Shown one piece after another: positions 37,261 through 48,369 of a DNA stretch of 64,000 nt. Below the pieces are notes generated by a model. The model was not told where the DNA came from. It did not search any database and was given only the letters and a program-made list of their open reading frames with translations. Numbering within the stretch: the stretch's first letter is position 1; each line of letters starts with the position of its first letter. The stretch spans positions 1,024,001-1,088,000 of the forward strand of contig CBDCYI010000005.1 of NCBI GenBank assembly GCA_965224085.1. The letters run 5' to 3'. Origin of the DNA: Candidatus Marinacidobacterales bacterium. GTDB lineage: Bacteria > Acidobacteriota > Vicinamibacteria > Marinacidobacterales > SMYC01. The position numbers were made by a program, and so were the translations under genes.

Positions 37261-38877
37261 ATGCCGCACGTTTCTACTCTTGACTACCGCAAGTTGCCGT
37301 CTTACAAGCCCCTCTTCATGGACTATCTCCACAAGTTCGACGCCCTTTCGCCTTTCTTTGCCGCCGATCCGTTCGAAGCGACCGCGTGGGGCAATGTCGC
37401 TTCGAAGCTCGAGGGCAAGAGCGCCACCGCGGGGCCGCTGCGAAAGCTCAACGTCTCGCTGGGGGCGGACGACGCTGCCCTCGCATCGCTCGACGCTCTC
37501 GGCGATGGCGCGCTCGTGGTCGTGAGCGGACAACAAGTCGGGATTTTCGGCGGGCCGCTCTATACGATCGCGAAAGCCCTTACCGCCGTGCGCCTCGCCC
37601 ACCTCGTCGAGCAACGGCTCGGAAGACGCATCGTGCCGTTGTTTTGGATGGACGCGGACGATCACGATTTCGCGGAAGTTCAAAAGACTTCCATACTCAC
37701 ACGCGGGAACGAACTCTTGGACCTCCGCTACGAGCCGCCTCTGGCGCCCAGTCGTCAGTCGGTTGGGGAGCGAGCGCTCGCGCCCGAGATCAGCGCCTTG
37801 ATCGACGAGGCCGGCGAGGCGCTCGCCGACAGCGAGTTCAAACAGAACGTGCTCACGTCTCTCCGCTCGAGCTACGCTCCGGGGCGGTCGATGGCCGATG
37901 CTTTCGGCGCATGGCTGCTCCGCATGACGCGCGGGACGGGGCTGGCCGTCATCGACCCGACACTCCCCGAGCTCAAGGCCATCGGCGCCTCGCTTTTTGC
38001 GCGCGAGCTAGACGAGGCGTCCGAAAGCAGCGCGATCGTCAGGAAGACGAGTGAAGCGCTCGTCGCCCGCGGCTATCACGGACAGGCGAGCCCAATAGAT
38101 GGACAGCTGAATCTTTTCTATGCGCATCCCGACAGAGCCGCGATCGGCGTGTCGGAAGGCGGCATGCGTCTCGCCGCGAACGGAAACACTGTGTCGAAAG
38201 AGGACGTGCTCCGGCGGCTCTGGGACGAGCCAAGCCGTTTTAGCCCCAACGTATTACTGCGGCCTATCTATCAGGACACTTTGTTTCCGACACTCGCCTA
38301 TGTCGCCGGGCCCAGCGAGCTCGCCTATTTCGCCCAGCTCCGTGGCCTTTACGAGCATTTCGGCGTCGTCATGCCGCTCATTGCGCCGCGTGCGAGCTTC
38401 ACGGTGGTCGAGCGCGCACCGGCTCGCTTCCTGGAGCGCTACGACGTCCCGTTCGTGGAGCTCAAATCGAACGACGAATCGATTCTGAACGACATCTTGC
38501 GTCAACACACCCCACCGCAGCTTGACGACGTTCTCACGCGCGCTCGAAATTGTATCCAAGACATCACCAGCGCGCTCGAGCGTGATCTCGCTCCCCTCGA
38601 CGCGAGCCTCGTTCCAACGGTCCGATCGACGCGCGGCAAACTGCTGCACCACGTCAAGGAGCTCGAGTCGAAGGCGCTTCGTGCAGTGAAGCGCAAGAAC
38701 GAGACCGTGCGCCATCAGTTTCTTGCTGCACGGACGGCGCTGTTCCCGGGCTTCGCGCTCCAGGAGCGCCGCCTATCCGCTCTCGGATTTCTCGCAAAAT
38801 ATGGCTGGCACTTCACCACGATGATCGAAGAGAGCGTCGACCCGCAGTCCAAGACTCATACACTGTTCTACCCGTGA
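37261..38877 (+). CDS. bshC: Bacillithiol biosynthesis cysteine-adding enzyme BshC
   Basis: SGQQVGIFGGPLYT, FWMDADDHDFAE, FSPNVLLRP, YVAGPSELAYFAQL, LQER. Confidence 0.93.
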   Translation: MPHVSTLDYRKLPSYKPLFMDYLHKFDALSPFFAADPFEATAWGNVASKLEGKSATAGPLRKLNVSLGADDAALASLDALGDGALVVVSGQQVGIFGGPLYTIAKALTAVRLAHLVEQRLGRRIVPLFWMDADDHDFAEVQKTSILTRGNELLDLRYEPPLAPSRQSVGERALAPEISALIDEAGEALADSEFKQNVLTSLRSSYAPGRSMADAFGAWLLRMTRGTGLAVIDPTLPELKAIGASLFARELDEASESSAIVRKTSEALVARGYHGQASPIDGQLNLFYAHPDRAAIGVSEGGMRLAANGNTVSKEDVLRRLWDEPSRFSPNVLLRPIYQDTLFPTLAYVAGPSELAYFAQLRGLYEHFGVVMPLIAPRASFTVVERAPARFLERYDVPFVELKSNDESILNDILRQHTPPQLDDVLTRARNCIQDITSALERDLAPLDASLVPTVRSTRGKLLHHVKELESKALRAVKRKNETVRHQFLAARTALFPGFALQERRLSALGFLAKYGWHFTTMIEESVDPQSKTHTLFYP

Positions 38878-38903
38878 GCGGGTCGTCTATCGGCAAAGGA
38901 GTC

Positions 38904-39203
38904 TCATCGAAAACGGTAGTCGTAGACCTGTTTGTCGTCCAGAATCGGTCCCACGATCTCCTTGACGAATCGCTGGTGCTCGGGATGCACCTGGTACGCC
39001 TCTAGAGCCGTCTCGTCCTCGAAATCCATGATGAGTGCGATGGGATGCGATCGCTCGGACTTCACTCCCATGCCGAATCCGACGCGCAAATTCTGAACCC
39101 CGGGTATCGGTCCGAGCACTTCACGCGCCTTATCGATGAAGGCATCGGTTTGCTGCGGGGTGATGTCCGCCTTGAGCCGCAGGAGTACGAAATGGTGGAG
39201 CAT
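38904..39203 (-). CDS. Dabb family stress-responsive alpha/beta barrel protein
   Basis: MLHHFVLLRLK..IPGV..ALEAYQVHPEHQ..DY. Confidence 0.88.
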   Translation of the reverse strand: MLHHFVLLRLKADITPQQTDAFIDKAREVLGPIPGVQNLRVGFGMGVKSERSHPIALIMDFEDETALEAYQVHPEHQRFVKEIVGPILDDKQVYDYRFR

Positions 39204-39232
39204 TCTGGCCCTCCCGAGGGCCATCTTATCAA

Positions 39233-39270
39233 GCTCGTGTCAGGCTCGTGTCAGGCTCGTGTCAGGCTCG
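39233..39270. repeat. Perfect 11-bp tandem repeat (GCTCGTGTCAG x3.5)
   Basis: Read directly. Spans the sigma-28 stop codon and the Dabb upstream region. Confidence 0.9.
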
Positions 39271-39985
39271 CGGCGCAGGAGCTTAGACCGTCCGTGCGAG
39301 CCCTGCATAGGCTCGCAGATGAGACGCGACGGCTGAGACGTTTCCGCAACGTGCGCACCGCTTTTTTGTGAATCTGCGAGACCCGAGACTCGTTCACACC
39401 GAGAACCTCGCCCACCCCTCTCATGGTGAGGTCTTCGTAGTAGTAAAGCGTCATCACGAGCCGCTCCTTCTCGGTAAGGCTCTCGATCGCGTCGACAAGA
39501 ATCCGGAGCAGCTCGCGATGCGCTAAAACCTCATGGGGATCGATCGCGTTCGGATCGCGGACGAGGCTGTCGAGCTCGTCGGTCTCCACCATCTCGGCGG
39601 CCGGTTCGATACGACCGAGGTCGCTGACAGCGAGGTCGAGCTCGGCGGCGAGCTCCCCTTCATTCGGCGAACGTCCCAAGCGCGCCTCGAGCCTTCCGGA
39701 CGCCGCTTCGAGCTCGCGCAGGCGACGCCTCACGGAGCGGGGCACCCAGTCGAGCTCGCGCAGGCCGTCGAGGATGGAGCCTCGAATGCGCAGCTCAGCA
39801 TAGGTCGAGAAACGAACGCCTTTCGCCTCGTCGTATTTCGACGCGGCATCGAGTAACCCGAGAAACCCCGCCTGCGTCAGATCGGAAAGCTCCACTTGCA
39901 TGGGCAGGCGGCTCGCGACTTGGAGCGCGACGCGGCGTACCAGCGGCAAGGATTCATGAACGAGCGTATCGCGCTCTGCACGCAT
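39251..39985 (-). CDS. fliA: FliA/WhiG-family RNA polymerase sigma factor (sigma-28)
   Basis: FSTYAELRIRGSILDGLRELDWVPRSVR, LYYYEDLTM..GVNESRVSQIH. Confidence 0.9.
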   Translation of the reverse strand: MRAERDTLVHESLPLVRRVALQVASRLPMQVELSDLTQAGFLGLLDAASKYDEAKGVRFSTYAELRIRGSILDGLRELDWVPRSVRRRLRELEAASGRLEARLGRSPNEGELAAELDLAVSDLGRIEPAAEMVETDELDSLVRDPNAIDPHEVLAHRELLRILVDAIESLTEKERLVMTLYYYEDLTMRGVGEVLGVNESRVSQIHKKAVRTLRKRLSRRVSSASLCRARTDGLSSCAASLTRA

Positions 39986-39999
39986 GGCGGCTTCGATAA

Positions 40000-40015
40000 T
40001 GCAAGAAGACTGCCA
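40000..40015 (-). promoter_or_regulatory. Sigma-54 (-24/-12) promoter of the sigma-28 gene
   Basis: Minus strand TGGCAGTCTTCTTGCA matches TGGCAC-N5-TTGCW with exact GG-N10-GC spacing, 14 nt before ATG. Confidence 0.65.
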
Positions 40016-40100
40016 GGGAAAAGCGTACGGAAATGAGGAATTCACTGAAGCTGGTGGGGGCAAAACCCCTTAGAAGGGATTTAAATCCGTGATGCTCCTA

Positions 40101-41354
40101 TCACGCCACGGCCTCATGGTTCGCGGTCACGTCGATCTCGCCTTCCGCGGCCGCGACATAGCTCGCGTTCACGAGATGTCCGATGAGATTGGTCGCCGAT
40201 CGCGCCATATCGAGCGGCCGCTCGACGCCGAGGATGAGGGCGGCGCCCTCGAGAGGCAAACCGAGTGCGGCGAGGATAATCGTCAAGTTCACGAAGCTAG
40301 CGGCGGGTACGGAGGCGACGGCGAGCGCCGAGAGCATCGCGGTAAAGATGAGCGTCCCCAAATCCTGAGCGCCGAGCGACACACCGTAAACCTGTGCGAT
40401 GAACATCACGGACATCGCCTGATAGATGGCGCTTCCGTCACGACCAATCGCCGCCCCGAGCGGCAGAACGAAGCTCGCGACGCGCGAGGAGATCCCCATC
40501 CCTTTCTGCATCGTCGACAGCGAAACGGGCAGTGCCGCGGCCGTCGAACACGTTGCGAAGGCGATGAGAAGAGGAGGCTTGGCCGCATCCATCAAACGCT
40601 TTGGGCTCTGGCGCGCCACGACGCGAAGCATCACGCCGTAGACAAGGACGATATGCAATGTGAGGGCGAGCACGACGACGCCGACATAGGCCGAGAGGCT
40701 GAGGAGCACCGACAGACCTGAGCGGCCCACGACCGCCGCCATGAGACCGAAGATGCCGAACGGCGCAAGCTCGAGGATCCAGCCCGTCACCTTAAAGAGC
40801 GTCTCGGCGAGGCTTCTCGCAAAGTCAACCAACGGTTTGCGGCGATCTTCGGGAAGCGTGCTCGCAGCGAGACCGAGCAAAATCGACAAGAGCAGAATCT
40901 GCAGCACGTTGCCTTCCGCCGCTGCACGCACCGGGTTGTCCGGGACAATAGCGAGAATCGTGTTGACGATCGTATCGACGACTGATGGCTTCGGCGCATT
41001 GGGGTCCACGACCGGGATGTCTTGGCCGTCGAGAAGCGCGCTCCGTGCTTCCGAGGAGAGCATCCTCCCAGGCTGGATCACGCGGCCCACCGCGATGCCG
41101 ATACACAGGGCCACCAAGAGGCTGATTACGATGAAACCGATGGCACGCAGGCCCATCCGTCCGAGCGCGGCCCGGCCGGGGAGACCCGCGATGGCCATGA
41201 CGAGCGATGAGGCAATAAGCGGAACGATGACCATGCGGATGAGCTTGATGAACAACGTTCCGAGCGGCTCGAGGACCGAGGCGCTCGGGCCGGCCACGAC
41301 GCCGACGAGGACACCGGCGAGAAGCCCGATCGCTACGCGATTGTGGATCTTCAA
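40101..41354 (-). CDS. Dicarboxylate/amino acid:cation symporter (DAACS, GltP-like)
   Basis: [50 protein letters not shown] start 41354 inferred. Confidence 0.9.
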   Translation of the reverse strand: MKIHNRVAIGLLAGVLVGVVAGPSASVLEPLGTLFIKLIRMVIVPLIASSLVMAIAGLPGRAALGRMGLRAIGFIVISLLVALCIGIAVGRVIQPGRMLSSEARSALLDGQDIPVVDPNAPKPSVVDTIVNTILAIVPDNPVRAAAEGNVLQILLLSILLGLAASTLPEDRRKPLVDFARSLAETLFKVTGWILELAPFGIFGLMAAVVGRSGLSVLLSLSAYVGVVVLALTLHIVLVYGVMLRVVARQSPKRLMDAAKPPLLIAFATCSTAAALPVSLSTMQKGMGISSRVASFVLPLGAAIGRDGSAIYQAMSVMFIAQVYGVSLGAQDLGTLIFTAMLSALAVASVPAASFVNLTIILAALGLPLEGAALILGVERPLDMARSATNLIGHLVNASYVAAAEGEIDVTANHEAVA

Positions 41355-41504
41355 AGCGGTCCGGAACTTATCACAATCAGGTCGACCCACTCGAGGGTGT
41401 CCGTTGGCCTCGACAGAGGGGCCACCGGACGCTCCAACCAAACCGTTGCGCGCACAGAGCTTGCGTCTAGACGGCGAAGTTGCTATCAACTTAGAACGAC
41501 AAAC

Positions 41505-44500
41505 ATGAAGGAAAAAAAGGTCTCGGCCGCACTCGGAGCGCTTCGGGCGCTCGCCCAGGAGCGCATCCTCGTCATCGACGGCGCCATGGGGACGATGATC
41601 CAGAGCTACGGCCTCGACGAAGATGGGTATCGCGGCGAGAGATTTCGCGAACATCCGAAATCTCTCAAGGGCGCCAACGATCTCTTGTCGCTGACAAAGT
41701 CTGCGATCATCGAAGAGATCCACCACCGCTTTCTCGACGCGGGCGCGGACATCATCGAGACCAATAGCTTCAACGGCACGTCCGTCGCCATGGCCGATTA
41801 CGACCTCGAGCCTTACGTTTACGAGATCAACCGGCAAGCTGCGAGGATCGCCCGCCGCGCGGCGGACGCCGTTTCCGAGAAGACTCCCGATAAACCGCGT
41901 TTCGTCGCTGGGTCGATGGGGCCCACCAACCGCACCGCTTCGATCTCACCCGACGTGTCCAACCCGGCCTTTCGCGCGATCACGTTCGAGCAACTGAAAG
42001 AGGCGTATTACGAACAAGCGCGCGGGCTCGTCGATGGCGGGGTAGACCTTTTGCTTCCGGAGACGGCGTTCGACACGCTGAACATCAAAGCTGCCCTCGC
42101 CGGAATCCAGCAGGTGTTCGACGAGCGCGGCCTTCTGCTCCCGGTCATCGCCTCGGTCACCATCGTCGACGAGAGCGGACGAAACCTCTCGGGCCAGACG
42201 GCCGAAGCCTTCTGGATCTCGGTCTCGCACGCGCCGCTCTTGGCGGTGGGGATCAACTGCGCGCTCGGACCGTCCGCGATGCGCCCCTATGTCGAGGATC
42301 TCGCCACGGTCTCCGATCGTTTCGTCGCCTGCGTTCCGAATGCCGGCCTTCCCAACGCCTTCGGAGGCTACGATGAGAGTCCCGAGCAAATGGCGGCGAC
42401 GCTCTCGGAGTTCGCGAGCGAAGGCTGGCTCAACTTCGCCGGCGGCTGTTGCGGCACTACCCCGGAGCACATCGCCGCGATCGCCGAAGGCGTCGCGCGA
42501 TACGGGCCGCATGCACGCTCGGAGCGATCGAGCTTTACCCAACTATCTGGCTTCGAGCCGTTGACCATCCGGCCCGATTCGAATTTCATCCTCATAGGCG
42601 AAAGAACCAACGTCACCGGCTCACGGAAATTTGCCCGCCTCGTCAAGAGCGGCGCGCTCGAAGAAGCTCTCGAGGTCGCCCGCCATCAAGTCGAAGGCGG
42701 CGCCAACATCCTCGACGTCAACATGGACGAGGGGCTTCTCGACTCCGAAAAAGAGATGACGACGTTTCTCAACCTCATCGCCTCGGAGCCCGATATCGCG
42801 CGCCTGCCTATCATGGTGGACAGCTCCAAGTTCTCGGTAATCGAGGCCGGACTCCGCTGCCTCCAAGGGAAAGGGATCGTCAACTCGCTGAGCCTCAAAG
42901 AAGGCGAGGAGGTCTTTACGGAGCAGGCGCGGACCGTTCGTCGATACGGCGCGGCGGTCGTCGTGATGGCGTTCGACGAACAAGGGCAAGCGACGGAGAC
43001 GGACCGTAAGGTTGCGATTTGCGAGCGCGCCTATCGCATCCTGACCGAAGAGGTCGGTTTTCTGCCGCAAGACATCGTGTTCGACCCCAACGTCCTCACC
43101 GTCGCGACCGGGATGGAGGAGCACAACGACTACGCGCTCGCCTTCATAGAGTCCGCGAGCAAGATCCACGAAAAATGCCCCGGAGCCAAGGTTTCGGGAG
43201 GCATCAGCAATCTTTCGTTCTCGTTTCGCGGCAACGACTTCGTGCGCGAAGCGATGAACTCCACGTTTCTCTACCACGCGATCCGCGCCGGTCTCGATAT
43301 GGGTATCGTCAACGCGGGACAGCTCGCCGTCTATGACGAGATCAAGCCAGAGTTTCGAGAGCTCATCGAAGACGTGCTCTTCAACCGCCATCCGGACGCT
43401 ACCGAGAAGCTCATCACCTTCGCTCAAGACCATGCGGGCCCGGGCAAGAAAAAGGAAAAAGACGAGTCGTGGCGCGACGGCGCGATCGAAGAGCGGCTGA
43501 GGCATGCGCTCGTCCGCGGGATCGTGGACCACATCGAAGACGACGCCGAGGAGGCACGTCAAAAATACGACCGTCCTTTGAAGGTCATCGAAGGCCCCTT
43601 GATGGACGGCATGAACGTGGTCGGAGATCTGTTCGGCGCGGGGAAGATGTTCTTGCCCCAAGTCGTGAAGAGCGCGCGGGTGATGAAAAAAGCTGTCGCT
43701 TATCTCGAGCCGTTCATGGAAGACGAAAAAAAGCGGTGGGGCCGGACGGACAGCAAAGCGAAGCTCGTCATGGCTACCGTAAAGGGCGACGTTCACGACA
43801 TCGGCAAGAATATCGTCGGCGTCGTGCTCGCGTGCAACGGCTACGAGATCATCGATCTCGGCGTCATGGTGCCCGCTGAGAAAATTCTCGACTGCGCAGA
43901 GAGGGAAAACGCCGATTTTATCGGGCTCTCGGGACTCATCACGCCGTCTCTCGACGAGATGGTGCACGTCGCCACGGAGCTCGAGCGGCGCGACCTCGAA
44001 GTCCCTCTCCTCATCGGTGGCGCCACCACGTCGCGCATGCACACTGCCGTAAAAATCGCGCCGCGTTACAGCCAGGACACGTTGCACGTGCTCGACGCAT
44101 CTCGGGCCGTGACCGCGGTGAGCGGTCTAGTGAGCAGCGACGGGCGTGCGGCGTTCATCGCCGATAATCGCCTCGAGCAGGAACGTCTCCGGAAAAGCTT
44201 CGAGCAACGCGACCAGAAGCTTCTCGCCTACGGGACGGTCCGCGATCGAAGGCCCGACCTCGCGTGGAATTCGGAGACGATCGCAAAGCCGGATTTTCTC
44301 GGCACCCGCGTCCTCGACCCCGTGCCGCTCGCGGACATCGTCGACTACATCGACTGGACGCCTTTTTTCAACGCCTGGGAGCTACGCGGAGTCTATCCGC
44401 ACATTCTCGATAAACCCGATGTCGGCGAAGCGGCCCGCGAGCTATTCGAGAATGCCCAGACGTTGCTCGGAGAGATTGTCGAGGGCGGCAAGCTCACGGC

Positions 44501-45185
44501 TCGCGCGGTCTACGGCTTCTTCCCGGCCAACCAGGACCGCGACGACATCATTGTTTATGAAGACGACTCGCGGAGCACCGAAAAAGCACGCCTGCACACG
44601 TTGAGGCAGCAGCAAGAAAAAAAGAGCAACAAACCCTATTTCGCCCTCGCGGATTTTCTCGCTCCGGTGGGCCATCCGGACTACCTAGGCGGATTCGTTG
44701 TGACCGCGGGCGTCGGCTCGGACACGCTTTCGAAGCAATACGAGAGCGACAACGACGACTACCACGTTATCATGGTCAAAGCCCTCGCCGACCGCCTCGC
44801 CGAAGCGCTCGCCGAGAAAATTCACGAACAGGCGCGGCAGGATTGTGGATTCGGTCGCGACGAAAACCTCACGAAACAGGAACTGGTCCGCGAGCGCTAT
44901 CGCGGCATCCGTCCCGCACCCGGCTATCCCGCATCGCCCGATCACAGCGAAAAAGGGCTGTTGTTCGAGCTCCTCTGCGCCGCGAGCGCAACCGGCGTGA
45001 GCTTGACCGAGACCTATGCGATGCTCCCGGCGTCCTCGGTGAGCGGTCTCTACTTCAATCATCCCGAAGCCCACTATTTCAGCGTCGGCAAAATCGGACG
45101 CGACCAAGTCGAGGACTACGCCCGGCGCAAAGGTGAGACAGTGGACGCCGTTGAGCGCTGGATAGGCGGAAACCTCGGGTACTAG
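41505..45185 (+). CDS. metH: Cobalamin-dependent methionine synthase
   Basis: [35 protein letters not shown] (B12 binding), RPAPGYP. Confidence 0.98.
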   Translation: MKEKKVSAALGALRALAQERILVIDGAMGTMIQSYGLDEDGYRGERFREHPKSLKGANDLLSLTKSAIIEEIHHRFLDAGADIIETNSFNGTSVAMADYDLEPYVYEINRQAARIARRAADAVSEKTPDKPRFVAGSMGPTNRTASISPDVSNPAFRAITFEQLKEAYYEQARGLVDGGVDLLLPETAFDTLNIKAALAGIQQVFDERGLLLPVIASVTIVDESGRNLSGQTAEAFWISVSHAPLLAVGINCALGPSAMRPYVEDLATVSDRFVACVPNAGLPNAFGGYDESPEQMAATLSEFASEGWLNFAGGCCGTTPEHIAAIAEGVARYGPHARSERSSFTQLSGFEPLTIRPDSNFILIGERTNVTGSRKFARLVKSGALEEALEVARHQVEGGANILDVNMDEGLLDSEKEMTTFLNLIASEPDIARLPIMVDSSKFSVIEAGLRCLQGKGIVNSLSLKEGEEVFTEQARTVRRYGAAVVVMAFDEQGQATETDRKVAICERAYRILTEEVGFLPQDIVFDPNVLTVATGMEEHNDYALAFIESASKIHEKCPGAKVSGGISNLSFSFRGNDFVREAMNSTFLYHAIRAGLDMGIVNAGQLAVYDEIKPEFRELIEDVLFNRHPDATEKLITFAQDHAGPGKKKEKDESWRDGAIEERLRHALVRGIVDHIEDDAEEARQKYDRPLKVIEGPLMDGMNVVGDLFGAGKMFLPQVVKSARVMKKAVAYLEPFMEDEKKRWGRTDSKAKLVMATVKGDVHDIGKNIVGVVLACNGYEIIDLGVMVPAEKILDCAERENADFIGLSGLITPSLDEMVHVATELERRDLEVPLLIGGATTSRMHTAVKIAPRYSQDTLHVLDASRAVTAVSGLVSSDGRAAFIADNRLEQERLRKSFEQRDQKLLAYGTVRDRRPDLAWNSETIAKPDFLGTRVLDPVPLADIVDYIDWTPFFNAWELRGVYPHILDKPDVGEAARELFENAQTLLGEIVEGGKLTARAVYGFFPANQDRDDIIVYEDDSRSTEKARLHTLRQQQEKKSNKPYFALADFLAPVGHPDYLGGFVVTAGVGSDTLSKQYESDNDDYHVIMVKALADRLAEALAEKIHEQARQDCGFGRDENLTKQELVRERYRGIRPAPGYPASPDHSEKGLLFELLCAASATGVSLTETYAMLPASSVSGLYFNHPEAHYFSVGKIGRDQVEDYARRKGETVDAVERWIGGNLGY

Positions 45186-46252
45186 TGGACTGTAACAGCT
45201 GAACGTTTAGTAGTTTTGATGCGCCGTGACGGATCGTTGTAGGTCCACTTCACGGGCTTAGGGTCTTTGTTGTACTTGCGAATGTAGCGCATGATCTTGC
45301 GGGTTAGGTCTTTGGTGGAGGTGAACACTCCTCGATGGATCAGGTCGCGCTCGATCTTGGAGAACCAGAGCTCGACTTTGTTCAGCCAGGAGGAGTAGGT
45401 GGGTGTGAAGTGCAATTGGAGTTTCGGATTGGCCTGGAGGAACTCGGTGACCTTGGCAGTTTTGTGGGCCGAGAGATTGTCGAGGATGACGTGAATTTCA
45501 CGCTTTCGCTTGTGGCTCGCAACCAGCTGCTCCAAGAAGGCGACAAACTCCTGGCTGGTATGTCGGCGGACGGTCTTGCCAAAAACTTCCCCCGTCTTCG
45601 TGTCAAAGGCGGCGTAGAGAGAAAGCGTTCCATTCCGGACGTACTCGAAACCGTGTCTTTCGGCCCGCCCGGGAGACAACGGCAAGATCGGGTCCCGTCG
45701 ATCCAGGGCTTGGATCGCCGTTTTCTCGTCAATACAAAACACCGCAGCGTGCTGAGGCGGATTCATATAGAGACCGATGACATCCGCTGCCTTCTTCTCG
45801 AAATCCGGGTCGTTGGACGCTTTGTAATATTCAATTCGGTGTGGCTGTAGACCGTGTTTTTTCCAAGTACGAGCCACCATCATGTGATGGATTCCCAGTT
45901 TCTTCGCAAGTCGGCGCGTGCTCCAGTGAGTCGAGCCGTCGGTCGGGCTCTTTTGAGTCCACGAAAGAATCCGTGCTTCCATCCGAGGCGTGAGCACCTG
46001 AACCGGACGTCCCTCGTGACGCGAGTACAGACCTGCCAGCCGCTCCTCCAAGAATCGGCGCTTCCACTTGCTGACAAAAGGCGCCGTGCAGCCTACCCAC
46101 TGCTGCACCTGCGTGTAGCTCGCACCTTCGTCCAACAAGAGCAACACGCGAGCAATCCGCGCGTCGTCAGCACGACCGCTACGGCTCGAAACTCGTTTGC
46201 CAAGTTCCCTACGTTCCGCTCGAGTCAAAACAACGCTGGTCCTCTCTTGCAT
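45182..46252 (-). CDS. IS630 family transposase
   Basis: HTH N-terminus, THWSTR, DDE triad IDEKT / LDNLSAHK / [10 protein letters not shown]. Confidence 0.96.
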   Translation of the reverse strand: MQERTSVVLTRAERRELGKRVSSRSGRADDARIARVLLLLDEGASYTQVQQWVGCTAPFVSKWKRRFLEERLAGLYSRHEGRPVQVLTPRMEARILSWTQKSPTDGSTHWSTRRLAKKLGIHHMMVARTWKKHGLQPHRIEYYKASNDPDFEKKAADVIGLYMNPPQHAAVFCIDEKTAIQALDRRDPILPLSPGRAERHGFEYVRNGTLSLYAAFDTKTGEVFGKTVRRHTSQEFVAFLEQLVASHKRKREIHVILDNLSAHKTAKVTEFLQANPKLQLHFTPTYSSWLNKVELWFSKIERDLIHRGVFTSTKDLTRKIMRYIRKYNKDPKPVKWTYNDPSRRIKTTKRSAVTVH

Positions 46253-46295
46253 GAGAGAAGTATATCACTAAATGCTTATTTGTTACAGTCCACTA
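45183..46295 (-). mobile_element. IS630-family insertion sequence, apparently intact
   Basis: Terminal inverted repeats CTAGTGGACTGTAACA (45182-45197) / TGTTACAGTCCACTAG (46281-46296), TA within CTAG at both ends, single transposase ORF. Confidence 0.95.
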
Positions 46296-46457
46296 GTCCC
46301 CTGGAACAGAGGTTCGTGGCCTAAAGCTCAAGGCCATTTTGTGGGCTGGCAAGGCGTGACGACGAAGTCATATTGGGATATTTCGAGGAGAAACAACGCA
46401 GCCAGCGCGCAAAAGGGCCCGAGATTTAGGTTACGAATCTCTGTTCCAGGGGACTAG
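46293..46457. mobile_element. MITE-like element (165 bp) bounded by CTAG
   Basis: 19-bp perfect terminal IR CTAGTCCCCTGGAACAGAG / CTCTGTTCCAGGGGACTAG, extending imperfectly to about 57 bp. No credible ORF. Confidence 0.85.
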
Positions 46458-46517
46458 GTTCCGCGATTCGGGTTGCTACCGGCTTCGGCTATCCGCTTCC
46501 TCGTCTCGATCTGAAGG

Positions 46518-47228
46518 CTACAGAACTACGCAGCGCCGGAGCATCAAATCGTTGTAGCGCTTGCCGACGACTTCGACGATGAGGTGTACCGGCTGCCAAT
46601 CACGCAACGGTTGCTCGGACGGCAAGACGAGGCTGCATTCCACGAAAGAGAGCTCGTAGTCGATCGCGAGGAGGAGCGGTTCGTGGACGTACGGGTCTTG
46701 GTCGATGAGCTTGAACCCGTTCGCGAAGTCTCTCATGTTGGCCGGGGCGACAGTCCCTTCGAGAAGCACGAGCTTGCCTTTGTACTTGGCGTCTACCAGA
46801 GCGGTGACATTCGGGAACAAGTACTCGGCGTAGAGCACCTCGACGTCCCGATACGGGAGCTCGCCGTCTCGCGCAAGAACGGTTGCGCGCTCTCGGATGC
46901 GAGCTGCGGCGTGCGGGTCGGAACGTTGTTCGAATGCCTTCACGAGAACATCTAACTCGCGCTGCGCCGCCTGGAAAGCCTCGGGGCCGAGCGCCTTGGC
47001 GCGGGCGGCGGCGCCCGCGGCCTCCGCCTCATCCAGAAGCGGCGCTATCTGCGGCGGGAGACCGGGCGTATCTGGTGACGGCCTTTGCGTGAACCCCTGT
47101 TTCAGGGGCCGACTCTCAGTAACATCTGGAGTGGGCTCCCGCGGCGAGGGCAGCGACGGCTCCGGGGCCTGGCAGCCACCAATGCCACCAATTAAAGCCA
47201 CGAGCACGAAGAGCCAACGCGTCACCAT
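46518..47228 (-). CDS. Lipoprotein with putative C-terminal OB-fold (tRNA_anti-like)
   Basis: Lipobox IGGC, Pro-rich linker, DAKYKGKLVLLEGTV. Confidence 0.6.
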   Translation of the reverse strand: MVTRWLFVLVALIGGIGGCQAPEPSLPSPREPTPDVTESRPLKQGFTQRPSPDTPGLPPQIAPLLDEAEAAGAAARAKALGPEAFQAAQRELDVLVKAFEQRSDPHAAARIRERATVLARDGELPYRDVEVLYAEYLFPNVTALVDAKYKGKLVLLEGTVAPANMRDFANGFKLIDQDPYVHEPLLLAIDYELSFVECSLVLPSEQPLRDWQPVHLIVEVVGKRYNDLMLRRCVVL

Positions 47229-47408
47229 CTTGTCGCGAGGCTAACACAGCGCACCAAGCCGCACCAAAATCTTGCTGTTCATACTCACCGAGAGTGCCCA
47301 GCCCGCCACGAGCTTCGCACGAAAGACGACGTGACACCATCGTCGCATGCAGGAGCTCGAGCGCCGCGTCAGTAGCGACAAAACGATAGAAACAGTTAAC
47401 CTTGTCTA

Positions 47409-47831
47409 GTGAAGAAACTCCTGTGGTTGTTCATTCTCTTCGCCGCCGCAACCGCTGTGCGGGAAGCGGCCGAGTATTTTGGGCCGATGGCCGCGGCGTT
47501 TCGGGCTTATCGGCACGAGGCACACGCCCACGCGCTCGAGCGCGGCAAGAAAAAGTCTTTTCGCGACATCGAGGGTAACATTGTCGGCGTCAGCCATAAG
47601 CTCGAATCGTCAGAGCGATCCGCTGAGGACAGAGTGAGGCTCGTCGTGCTCGAGGCGGTTCATTTCCAGAAGAGCAGCGAAATGGGGATGTTCGGCAACC
47701 GCCGTGTCGCCCAAACCCGGCAATACGTGCTCATGACCCGCATCGATGGCGCGTGGCTGATCTCTCAGCTCGAGGAAGACGCGACCGAGGTCGTCGAGCT
47801 CGCGGAGGTGGCCGAGAGCCTGCTCGAGTAA
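47409..47831 (+). CDS. Hypothetical exported/membrane-anchored protein (NTF2-like end)
   Basis: N-terminal hydrophobic helix, C-terminal MTRIDGAWLIS. Confidence 0.6.
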   Translation: MKKLLWLFILFAAATAVREAAEYFGPMAAAFRAYRHEAHAHALERGKKKSFRDIEGNIVGVSHKLESSERSAEDRVRLVVLEAVHFQKSSEMGMFGNRRVAQTRQYVLMTRIDGAWLISQLEEDATEVVELAEVAESLLE

Positions 47832-47896
47832 GCGCGACGAGGCTTTGCCGACGCCTGGTGTGCTATTCTTCGCGCGCGAACTTGTTGGAGCAAAGA

Positions 47897-48319
47897 ATGA
47901 AGCGACTCTTCTGTTTCTTATCCGTTTTTGCCGTCATCGTTGCCGTGGCGCAAGGGCTCATGGCCCAGGACGGGCCAACTTCGGTGCAGGCCGGCGTCTA
48001 TACCGACGCCCAGGCCGAACGCGGCGAGAAGTTTTTCGGCGAAGCGTGCATGGTGTGTCACCAGCCCGAGGAGTTCAGCGACCGCGGTTACATGGAGGGC
48101 TGGTCCGGTCAATCCGTCAATGACTTCGTGGAGTTCGTGCGCTCGACCATGCCCGAGGACAATCCCGGCCGGCTCAAACGTCGAGAATATATCGACATCA
48201 TCGCCTACTTTTTCAAATTGAACGGACTCCCTACGGGAGAGAACGATTTGGAGCGCCAATCGCTTCGGGGCATTCAGATCGAAGGTCCCTACGGCGACGC
48301 GAGCGAAGACCGACAGTAG
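47897..48319 (+). CDS. Monoheme class I cytochrome c (exported)
   Basis: Signal peptide, [16 protein letters not shown] heme motif, distal Met in TMPEDNPG. Confidence 0.88.
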   Translation: MKRLFCFLSVFAVIVAVAQGLMAQDGPTSVQAGVYTDAQAERGEKFFGEACMVCHQPEEFSDRGYMEGWSGQSVNDFVEFVRSTMPEDNPGRLKRREYIDIIAYFFKLNGLPTGENDLERQSLRGIQIEGPYGDASEDRQ

Positions 48320-48369
48320 CGTTTCTTCCGGCGATCGCCCGGACCGGCGCCGACACGACAAGGACCGCG

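Noticed and set aside
39233-39270. Repeat as a CRISPR array
   Set aside because: 11-bp contiguous units with no spacers and no cas genes
41355-41504. Possible SAM/cobalamin riboswitch upstream of metH
   Set aside because: Only a generic GC-rich hairpin (~41398-41430) and no conserved riboswitch boxes
42621-44087. Long antisense ORFs (e.g. 42621-44087, 54612-56099, 19462-20724, 15177-16409)
   Set aside because: Shadow frames of well-supported genes, expected in high-GC DNA, with no motifs
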